Shown here one piece after another: positions 38,301 through 49,500 of a stretch of 64,000 nt of DNA; position 1 is the stretch's first letter, and each line of letters begins with the position of its first letter. Below the pieces are notes generated by a model. The model searched no databases. It was given only the letters and a program-made list of their open reading frames with translations, and was not told the origin of the DNA. This stretch comes from Antechinus flavipes (Eukaryota). The stretch lies in NCBI RefSeq assembly GCF_016432865.1, contig NC_067399.1:277078001-277142000 (forward strand), given 5' to 3'. A program made the translations under genes and the position numbers.

Positions 38301-41300
38301 GAGTGTGAAGTAGTTTCTTGTTGTTTTATAGGGTATGCTTTTGCGCAGCAGAAGGGAAAGGCAGTGGCTTGTCCGAGGTCTTTGCTTGTGAATAGATGAC
38401 GAGATTGTGAGCCCGGGTTCTACTTACTTGCTTTCGATATCATAGGATCCAAATGTAGAAGCATTTTTAAACATTATTTAAAGCTAAGGAGTAAGTAGCC
38501 GTTAATAGATAGTTGTTTCCATGAAAGTTGCATGGGAGTAGCGGCCCAGCAACTCATGGATTTAACCGGTCTGAATGTTGTACAACTTTTAAAGGTTCCT
38601 ATGCAATATGGCCTCTTTCTACATTTTCCAATTTTGTCTCCTTACTCAGTACAAATCTTTATATTACCAGCAGGGGGTTCCCCAGTGTTTCGGAAGTGGT
38701 AGGCTCTAGCTTGTGATTTGAGGTAGGGGAGGGAGACTCTAGGCCCCGAATATCTCTGGCTGATCTTCTTGGAGTCTATATTTCTTCACTCTATTTGCAT
38801 TGGAATCAATTAGCCAGTACTTACAGAGCTTGGGGTGGGGGAGAAACACTAAGAGGTGATGCAAAGAAGTGAAGGGAAATCCAACCTTTGGAACCTAAGA
38901 GAAGGCATCTGTAAGAATACAATTAAATAACAGTGAGGTTAGTAGCCATTTTTTTTTTTTTTAATGGGTTGTATGGTTTGAAATAAACCTATCTGTGGGA
39001 AAGGCCCTGGAGTTGGCAGTAAGGAGCAATAGCCTTAGGGTAGCAGGAGTTTTAACCTAATCCAAATCTTTATCTTCAATTGTAAAGACTGTTGACTACA
39101 GATTTTGATCCTTTGTTGATATTCAATAGGTGATCTTGTAGTTCCTGTCGTTATTTTTGTTACTTAAGGCATATTTTTAGGCCCAAACAAACTGGTGAAT
39201 AATACCCTCTGCTGGTTTGTTGTTCTTGTTCAGGAGAAGGGTCTAGAAGGATGTTTTTCCCATTTCAGAAATTACTCTCAGCTGCATTTCAAAATTATGG
39301 CTAAATCAGAAGATAAGAGGTGACATGTCCTCCTTGATTCCCTCCCCTACACTGCCCATCTTACAAGTTATTTTTTGTTTCTTTTTTTACACCTAATGCC
39401 TTTCACTTAACTTTTATGGTTCTCTTCAGACTCTTGACTATCTGGCTTATTGTTCCAATGCTATTCAAACTGCTGTTTTTAAAAGTGACTCTTAAATGAT
39501 GACTTTTTAAAAAGTTTTTTTAATTGTAATTTTTAACCTTTTAACACAACATGGAATTTTATCAGCATAATATTATAATAAAGTTATAAACAACATTACA
39601 GACATTTCATCTTATTTTTAAATTAACAAACATTAAGTAAAATTAGCATTTCCACTGAACCAGGAGAGAATTAAACTCTGAATTTCTATTATGTAGAACT
39701 TGCTTTTCCCCCTAAAATATTTAACATATTAAACATGTTACTTTTAAAGCTGTCCTGCTTGTCTGTGATTCCTTTTAGCCTTCCTTTTATTTCTAGAGAG
39801 AACTTTATTTTTCTCCCTCCTTTTTCTTTCACATTGAGTGTACTAGGAAGCTGAGGGCTTCCCAAGAAAGTCATTTGAAGAGAACCCCAAAACTTAAACC
39901 TCTCACTTGATAATTCCAGACCCAATTTCAAGGGTCTGTTAATTATTAAGACTCTGGAAAGGAGAACAAAGACCTGCTCCTTTAGTAGAAATATCTGATC
40001 TCCTGGACCTTTGCTGAACTTCTTAGAAGAAGCTAATTAATTAATGAACCGGAGACATTCTAAGGGATCTGTAAACTGGTTAACCTTTATTGTTGAGGAA
40101 GCCTGAGGTAAACCCAGCCTCCTTGGTTATCCTAGTTTAATGGATTACTTACGTATAAACAAATCTCTTTATGAGGGGATTATATGGTTTCTTATAAAAT
40201 CATTAACTAAGGTGGATTGAGATTTAATTTATCTGGGAAATGAAATAGGGAAAACAGTTGTAAAACTGACCATCATAAAATTCAGGTCAAAATTTAACAA
40301 GTTCATGTCACTTCCCAGCATTATTCTTGTGGTCACGATTATATAACTCATTTCAATCTCTGTGAAAAAACAAACAAAAAATAACTTGTAAGATGGGCAG
40401 TGTAGGGGAGGGAATCAAGGAGGATATGAGGTAAAAGGATTAATGGAAGATTTTTAAAAAAATAATATTTGTAGACAGAATGGGAAAATGCTAGGGCTAA
40501 ACTTACTAAGCATCTTCTGTTTTCAGTTTGTCAAAAAACATACCATGTTTTATCATTATCCATTTTTCCTCAAAACTGAAGCTGGAGTCCAGTCTGGAGA
40601 TGTTGGCTTCTTGAAAGTTGCTGAGAATAAATATTTCTATTTTTCATTTGAGTTATCTCTGAGTATTTGTAAATTGGATTTGCCGTATCACACAGCTTTT
40701 TTCTATAATATACATTTTAACAAAGTGGAAGTCAAACATTAATAAAAGATGATTTCTCTCTTAATGGATCTGAAACTTATGCGCCTACTATTTTAAAAAA
40801 ATATTAGCAGTAGTTATAAATTGTGAATGAAATCAGCAAAAGCAAAGCATTTGTTATGTCCACATTTTTGGTATTCTATATCATTTTATGGGATCATAAT
40901 CAATTATATGACTATACACATTGTAATTAATCATTTTTACAGTTAGGGGCAGAAGTTTGTACAGCTATGTCTTTGGTGTGGTGGAAAGATTTGGAGTAGT
41001 TAGGTAAAACCTGGTTCAGTTCATGATTCTGATACTTGTGTGTGGAAGAGAGAGAAAAGGTGAAGAACTTGAAGGAATATGTAAATTCTTTTTCTGTATT
41101 TTATTTTCATTATTTCTGTGTTTCCTCTATGACTTGTATAATATGTTCAGGCCCATATGTACTTGAGTCTTGGCCAGCTAAATCTGAAGCCTGAAGGCCT
41201 GATTTTCTGTTTCCTAGAAATCAGATGATTTCGGGGAAACAGAAACCTTCCATTCCAATCTCTCTGGATAGCAACAACCAATTAGATGCCTCCCCCTTCC

Positions 41301-41849
41301 CTTCTCAATGCTCTTTTACTTGTGCCATAATCTCTTGTATAAAAGTTATGTATTTTTACTACTTCTTTAGCCTTTCTACAGCGAGCTTTCTCTTTCCCTT
41401 ATCTCGTAATAGAAGAACTACTACATCCTCCGGAGGCATAATAAATGACCTTTCTGCTTTCCATTTTGAGTGATCTCTGAGTAGTTATTTTGGGTAAGGG
41501 TCTTCTACATCCCACACACTTGTCTGTGCCTTTGTCACTTAATCTTTCTGAGCCTCTCTTTCTTCATCTGTAATATGAAATAAGTCATGAAGTTTTTATC
41601 TGACAGTTGTTTTTTTTTTCAGGATTAAATGAGAATGTGCATATAGCTTTTTAAAACTTAAAGTACAACATAAATGTTAGTTGCTATCATTTATTCCCTT
41701 GATGTCTTTAGGATGATATAATAGCAGAAATATGGAGATGGAAGAACTTGATCAATTTTATGACTTTTTTTGTATATTGTCATCTCTTCTCAAACAGTTG
41801 TTCCTACCCCACACATAGATTCCTCTTTGCATGTAGCCCTGCCATATTG

Positions 41850-43200
41850 AATTAAATTTTTTTTTAATTGATGTATTTTTTTTTTTTTAATCACTAAAAT
41901 TCCCTCCAGGAGTTCCTTCTTCCCTTCCTATACAATAAATACTTTTTAGACAAAAAAAGGAAAAAAAAAATCAGTAAAACCAATCACTTGATTAAAAAAG
42001 TCTGAAATATATGCAGTGGTACTTGTGAATCTTCTACCTCTGCAAAAGGGTCTTCTATTGGGTCTTCTTTGAAACGATGTTTGTTATTTGTAATTTTGGA
42101 GGATTAGTTCTGATTTTTGAGGGGTTTTTTTGTCCTTTCTGTTTTGTCTATTATTTTATTGACTCTGCTTACTTCTCCTTACATTAGTTATTTTCCACAT
42201 AGATCGATCTTTTCATGTTTCTTTACAGTAATTGGAGTTATAATTTCTTTACAGCTCAGTAATATTGCATTATTTATATTTCACAATTTGTTTAGCTATT
42301 TTCCAATTTGTTTTCAATTCTTTGCTTTTACAAGAAGTGATAGAAATTTTTTAGTGTTTATAGGGACTCTATTCTTATCCACCTCTTTGGGATAAAAGCC
42401 TAGTAGTGGAATCTCTGGGTCAAAAAGTGAAGACATTTTAGTGACAATTTGCATGATTCTAAATTGCTTTCCAGGATTATATTGTTAAATAGATCCACTT
42501 ATTAGGCATTAGTGTTTTTTAATTCTCACATCGCTGGCATTGACCATTCCTATTTGTTGTCTTCTTTCCCAGTTTGCAAGGTGTGAGTAAAATAAAACTC
42601 CTTGGTTTTGACTTACATTTCTTTTATTATTCATGATTTGAATAATTCTTTTATGTAGTTCTTAATAGATTGTAATTTTTTTGAGATGTTTGTTTATCCA
42701 TTGACCATTTATATATTGGAAATTGCTTTTGGTCATAGTATCTATTAATTGTTTACATATGTTGTGTACTCAACCCTTATTACATAAATTTGATAAAAAA
42801 GATTTTTTTCCCCCATATCACTACTTTCCTCCCTATCCTAGTTGCATTCATTTGTGTGGAAGCTTTTTAGTTTCATGTAAACAAAATTATGTTTAGCCTT
42901 TGTTCCTTTTTTGCCTCTGACCCTTTTTTGGTTTAAAATACCTTTCCTGCCCACAACTGGGAAAGGTATATGATTTGCTTCTTGTCTAATTTTCTTTTTG
43001 GCATGATCTTTAATATTAAAATTATATATTGATGTAGAATGTAATGTGGAATAGAGTGTAAAGCGTTGATCTGACACTAATTTCTGCTAGTCTGCTTTCT
43101 AGTTTTCCCAGAAATTTATATCATGTAGGAAGTTTTTTGCTAATTAGTTTGTTTTCTGGTTGTCAGACATCTAGTTATTGAAATCTACAGTGTCGTGCTG
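41850..43200 (-). mobile_element. Old, degenerate L1 fragment (3' ORF2 and 3' UTR)
   Basis: Reverse-strand residual frame DHAKKKIRQEANHI...MKLKSFHTNE resembles the L1 ORF2 region [13 protein letters not shown]; many stops. Confidence 0.5.
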
Positions 43201-44377
43201 AATTTTTACCCCCCCTACCCTCATTTTTTTTGGGTGGTTGTAGGGAATGAGGCTTTGTAGTTGGAAGAGAACTCCCATATTTTATAAATGAGATGCTGGA
43301 GGCTCAGAGAAATGAATTGCCTAAGGCCACACAGGTGGCATTTCCAAGTTATTTGATTTGTCTATTTTTTATCATTAAGTATTTGAACGTCTTTTCATGT
43401 AGTAATTAACTGTATTTTTAAAAATTGTTTATGACTTGTGACCATTTCTCGTGAAATGTGAATTAATTTTATAGGTATGTATCAATTTATTATATATTCT
43501 GGAAGACAAATCTTTATCAGATACTTCCATTACAAATCTATTTTTCCAACACTTTCCTTTTTATTTTAGACATTTTATAATTTCCTGTGCAAAATCTTTT
43601 TATTTCTGCATAATCAAACCCACTGAATTTTGTCTACTAATTTTTTCATCTTTTTTGGTTTAAAATTTTTTCCCTTTCCATTATTGAAGCAAATTTTTCT
43701 TGCAGTGTTTTATGATTTATAAGAATACATAGGTCACGTTTTTTAACTGCCAAGTTTAATAAAGTTTTCAAAGCTTTTATCTCCTCATAAGAAATTAGCA
43801 ATGTTGAGTACTACCTTGGTTACCACACTTTCTTGGTTTTTCTACTTTCATTGTCTATTTTCTTTGTGGTATTGCCTGTTTTTATATCTTTGGCTCTCTC
43901 TTTTCTCTCTCCTATTTCCCTTAGCTATTTGCTTGATCCCCACTACTTCAGCTTTCCCTTACAGAGATAACTCACCTGACCCCTGTTTTATGTCTAGAAC
44001 CATATCTCCATTTGTCTACAGAATATCTCTGTCTAATTTTCTATTGGCACTTGAAATTCCATATATCTAAAATTCAGCTGTTACCAGAATACAGTTGTTT
44101 GCCATAAACATCTTTTTAAAGCCAATTATTCTTTTATTTTATCATGGTCTGACCTAATCTGGACTGTTATCCGTGGTTTTGCAGCACCAAAACCACATTA
44201 TACTGCCCCAAATTGCAGTTTTAGAGAGGACACTGATATGCTGGTAAAGGGGTGTTGAAGGTGCTGATGGAGGTTAACCTGGAAAGAGATGAAGAGATGA
44301 TGTAGGGAGAAGACAATAGTTGTCTTCAAGTAGTTAAAGAAACTTAAAATTCACTTAAAAATTTTCTTTTGCGTTCC

Positions 44378-45095
44378 TGTGACTAATATGGCTTTTTTGA
44401 GTGAAGTTTCTTTAATGATATCCTAGGTCACTAGGTGAAGTTGGCAGAGATAATACTTATGAAGTACTGTTAAGATTACTCCTGGAAGCAGGAAGGGGAT
44501 CACTCATCCCCCCATGCAGGTCTTGTGTCCAGTCAGAGAACCAAGTTATGTCAAAATCTCCCGGTTAAATTTCCCTTCTAAATCTGTCCATGACTTACGC
44601 CATCTTCCCCGAAACCCTTTTGGTTTACTCTGCCTCTAAGTTATATCTAAAGGTGTCTTCTTTCCATCCCTTCCTCCATGCCTCATGGTGTCTTTCTTTC
44701 TCTTTCTCTTAGCTAATTCACTCTTTTAGCCTAAACTTCTATGGATTTAGCCTGCCAGTAAATGGCACACTCCCACCTCATGGTGTATTCCCTTTCTCCT
44801 GGGTAATTGTGAGTTCCACTAGGGAGCTTGTCTTGTCCATTGTTAATTGCTAAAACTTCTTTCCTTGATAACTATATACTCTCCTAAATCTATTTCATAT
44901 TTACCACTTCTGGCGCTTATTTTACCACTTCATTTTGTCTGTGACCTCTTCTCATAAACCTACCTTTTGCCAAAAAAAAAGGTCATTATGAATTTGTCAC
45001 ATGACCGAACCCCACCATTTGGTGTCAAATCCCAACATTTGGTGCCAGTTGCTTTTCTCAATCTCATCATTTGGTAGCTATACTCAGTCTCATCA
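44378..45095 (+). mobile_element. Candidate solo LTR of an endogenous retrovirus
   Basis: Non-coding block ending in ataaacctaccttttgccaaa...gaatttgtcacatgaccgaacccc...tttggtg, which I recall as a marsupial LTR 3' end. Not verifiable without Dfam/Repbase. Confidence 0.35.
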
Positions 45096-45899
45096 ATATT
45101 AATTTTTATAAGTCATTTCTAAAAGAAAATAGATTTAGTCTTCACTCTGGAGGGCAGAAATAAGAGTAATTAGACATTGCAGAAGCAAATTTGGTGTTTA
45201 TAGTTACAGCTATCCAGAAGTATAAATGGGCTGCCTGGGCAGATTGTCAGGTTCTCCAAAGTAGAGACTTTCAAGCAGAGGCTGATATATTATTTATTGG
45301 TTATGTTTGCAGAAGGAATTATTTTTCAGGTGTGAATTGCACTAGGGGCACACCGAGGTCCCTTCCAATTCTGAGAATCTGCCATTCTGCGATCAGGGGC
45401 TCATATTTATATGTTGTTTTGAGATTTTCAAAACATAATAACCAGTGACCTAGAGGAACACTTCCATTTGAGGGAAAAGTAAACAGAGGTCCAGTAAAGT
45501 TGTCCAGGACCACAAAGGCATGAAGAGTGTACTTCAAGATTTCAATGCAGCTTTCCAAGTCCAGGTCCAGACATCTTTCTAGCATGGCCCACAAGGACTA
45601 GAGTCTAAAACTCATTGCTCTGGAAGGGAGAAGAAAGAGGATTAGCTTTCCAGTAGAGGCTGGATCATCCCCCAATATGCTCCCAGGCATCCTAGTACCC
45701 TCCTTATTCGCTCTGTTCCCGCCTCTTCAGCTCAGTGGCGCGGTGGATAGAGTTCGGAGCCAGGAATCTGAACCCACTCGGTTATCTTTGCCAAGAAAAC
45801 CCCAGATGGGGCCAAGTAGGGTCAGAGGCCACTGGAAAAGACCGAACTATCATCAGCTAGCTCTGAACTCGTCTGGCTTAGCACCGCCCTGCTCCTGTT

Positions 45900-46130
45900 C
45901 TCTCTGTTCCGGGTCCCGCCCCCTGCACCCGCCTTCTCCGCCCCGGTCCAGCCCCCCGGTCCTCATCCCCTCTGCTCTTGGCGCCAGCTCTTGGCGGGAA
46001 GGCAGCAGGAACTGAGAGAGGATAGTTGTATCATGGCAGTTTCTCCAGGTGTGGGGTTTTGTGGAGGGAGATGAATTGCAGAAGCCTGAGTGGGGAGGAT
46101 GGGGAAAACGCCCCTGGTTCTTCTGTGGGT
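45900..46130 (+). promoter_or_regulatory. Proximal WDR76 promoter / first-exon region with tandem E2F sites
   Basis: GC boxes (cccgcccc, tccgcccc); TTGGCGCC 45978-45985 and TTGGCGGGAA 45991-46000 within a GCTCTTGGCG direct repeat; donors at 46048/9 and 46128/9. Confidence 0.65.
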
Positions 46131-46500
46131 AGGCGGGATCTCCTTGGGCTTGGTTGTCACTTGTGACCAGCAGCCTTTTAGGGGAGAAAAAGAAGACCCA
46201 GTGAAGAAGATACTTGTCCGGGATTGCAGTTCTGTTAACTGACCTCCCGAACTCTGCTCCTCTGCTAATTTCATACTTTTAAGTTACACCAGAGGTTGTG
46301 TTTAGGTATTGGAGGCATGATGTGGAAGAAAGGGGGCTTTGAGAGACACAGCTGTGGTGAGGTTTTAAATGTATAGTCTTCTCCATACTATGACTTTAAA
46401 AAAGCACCATCAGATACCGATTTATTAAACTAGTTCAAGCAAAGAACTTTGTGAGGAAAATCAAATTCTAACACTTTGCATTTTTCATTGAACTAAACAG

Positions 46501-49500
46501 GTGAATGAATCTGAAATCTTCCAGAGCCTAATTGGCTTATCTCTGACACCACAACAGGCTACAGTTTTACAGAAGCAAGCTCAAGTACTCCTTTTTCTGT
46601 TTGTGGTCAAAAAGAAGAACCAGGCCCAAATGATGAGCCCTCAGAATCTCCCCCAAAATAATTCTAATGATGAGGAAAAGCCTAAAGTAAAAAGAAAACT
46701 CGGAGAACTTCCAAGTCCAGAAGTAGAAGCTATGTTTCCCAAAGAAGAATACAGTTTACAAAAATCAGCTTTGGGTTCTCAGGTAGAATCAAATGTTGTG
46801 ATACCTAGGAATACTAAAGATGTATTGTCTCTCAGCAATGAAATGCAAAGCAGTCAGGATGGAGATGATGATGAAATTGAAACAGCTGATGTGGTAAGTA
46901 TCTCAGTTTACTAAATATCTTGTCTGTCGGTTTTACCAATTGACTTATGTAATGAAAATGTTACCTCTTTTAAAATTTGAAATTTTGGTGAATTTACTAT
47001 GTTATAAGCATTAAAAGTGGCAGAAGCACTTGGTTTCAAATTCAGAGACCTAAATTTAAACAAACCTATTTTGTCTTGGACAAGATATTTCATCTCTGTA
47101 GCTGTCAGTATTCTTATTTGTAAAATGAGGCAGTTGGACTAGATGATCTCTAAGACTCTTTGTAGCTCAAAATCCTATGACCCAAGTACCCACAGAAGAA
47201 ATCAAAGCCATCTTTTTCAGTTAAGTCTAACTGATAATAAATATCTCATTGTCATGAAATAGCTTTTAAATTTTTTATATGGTACAGTGAAGGGGATATT
47301 GCAAATCACTCACTAACAGTGTGATCAAAAGGGTAAATCATCTTCACCTTTTGATCTCATTTTGTTCAATTGTTAAATAAAAGAGGTTCTGGGCTAAATA
47401 TGATGTTTGAAGTTCTTTAAGCTCTAACATTTTCTATTTCTAATGTTGACATTTTGTAATTTTATGATTGTAGCATATAATTTGAAAAATAAAAATTGTG
47501 TTAATATGTCTTGAACATCACTTATATTCATAATGGACATCATGAGTCCTTTAATGGAAACCATGAAGGAAAAAAACATTGTTACTAATTGTACTACTTC
47601 AAAAAGTTTATTAATTTGAATTATTTACATGCTGAATAGCCAGAATGTTAGTTATTATAATGGTGATAGTTCACATTTAAGGTAAACTTTGCCTTTACAG
47701 GGTATTTTATTTGTAACATTCAATTCAGCACATTTTTATTTAGCAGAGTTGCTCTACATGCTCTGAACAGAAAGATGGAAAAATTACCCAGTCTTTATAA
47801 GGGGTTTACAGCTTAATAGTAAGGACATGAGCAATATGCACACATTAATATAACTTAGTCAAACAGCTATGATATACTGGCTTGGAAAGGATCTCTTCTA
47901 TTTGGAGATATTAGGGAGGCCTTCATGGATGAGTGATTACTGAATTCTTCAGTAAAATTCATCAGTATTTATAAGTCTAATGTGGAGTTTAAATTTTAGG
48001 GAACTTATTTCTTTAAATGATACTTTCCTTTAAATACAAATTCCAACTGTATTTAAATGTTCATTAGAAATGGTTAACTACTTGGGATGTATGGGTAGTT
48101 GAGAGAGAAAATTGAAGGTAAATAGATAACTATTGTAAATCCAGATTATATACACATAAACACATCCATATGTAAGTATGTTTATGTGTATGTATGTATT
48201 ATGCTGTGTTCCTGGATAGAGTGTAAATTCATTAACTTCCCTTGTTTTTGCATCTTTGGTTACTAATACAGTGCTTAGTACATAGTAGGTGCTTAATTGG
48301 CTGATGATGGTTCTTATTGTTATATGTTTCTTTAAAAAAATTTTTTTAAACAAGAGCTAACCTAACATTTTCCCCCTTTATTCTTTGTTGCCTTCACTTA
48401 AAGTTGTAAATGCAGCTGCTTAGTATCTGAAGAAGTAAAGAAAACAAGTGTTTGTAAATTTCATCTTTGTTAATAGTTTTCAGTACATTTCATACTGTTT
48501 CAGAAATCCATAGAAACCTTTAAAAGATTTAAGGTGCTATAAAATATTTAATGGAATTACCAAGTTTGGAATATGACATCATCTTGACTATTTGACAGTT
48601 TTCTTGAATATAATATTGAATGAGTGGGAAGTGATGTTTAAAAAAGGGTGGGGTGACTAATTGGAATTAAGTTGTGTCTTTGTAAGGTGCTCTTGTTGAG
48701 AACTGTACATATGTTATTTTTTTCCATAGGATGGTTCAACAGAGCTATCAGCTTATGAAAAGAAGAGGCTAAAAAACATATCAGAAAATGCTGAATTTTT
48801 TGCATCACTTCATTTGTTAGAGGTTTGTATAATTCTTAGTTTAAGTAGAAAATACGCAAATTCCATCCTATTGAAAAATGACTATTGCAATAATCTAATT
48901 TTATGTCATCCCTTAAACAATCTTAGTGATGAGGACAAAATATATCAAGAAAAGTATGGTTTGGGCTTAATGGGAGGAAAATGTCTTCTAGTCAGAATGT
49001 CTTTTTAACATAGGGAGGAGGTCCTATGGGAACAACCTCTGTTCTAATGTTGGATCTTTAGATTGCCTTATTTTGGATAAGAGGGAGATGTTTTTTAGAG
49101 ATAGAAAATATAGTTTAGCCAAAATATTCTTTAGCTCTGGGATTTTCTCCAGATTGCCAGTCTTATAAAGCTCTTCTTCTTTCCTAGCTCTCCCTTGGGA
49201 AGATATTGATTATTATATATTAAAATCACATCATCATATCTCACTTCTGGTTCCTCCCTGGCTCATAAAATGAGGATTGCACTTTGGCTTTCTAATGGGC
49301 ATATCATTGCCATTAGTGGATATACATGATATATATAATTTTAACTCTGAAAGACGTTTTTTTCCTTAATAAATAAGATTCTCTAGGTCAAGGCTTTTAA
49401 AACTTTTCTTGCTTGTGAATGTTTTTCACTCAAAAGTTTTATGCAATCCTAATAATGTAGGTATATAAAATAGGTATAGGAATCAAACACTTAACTGGTA

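Noticed and set aside
46501-46914. 137-aa ORF starting at GTG treated as a standalone gene or a non-AUG start
   Set aside because: The GTG is simply the first codon after the aaacag acceptor of WDR76 exon 2, and the frame exits at the donor at 46893.
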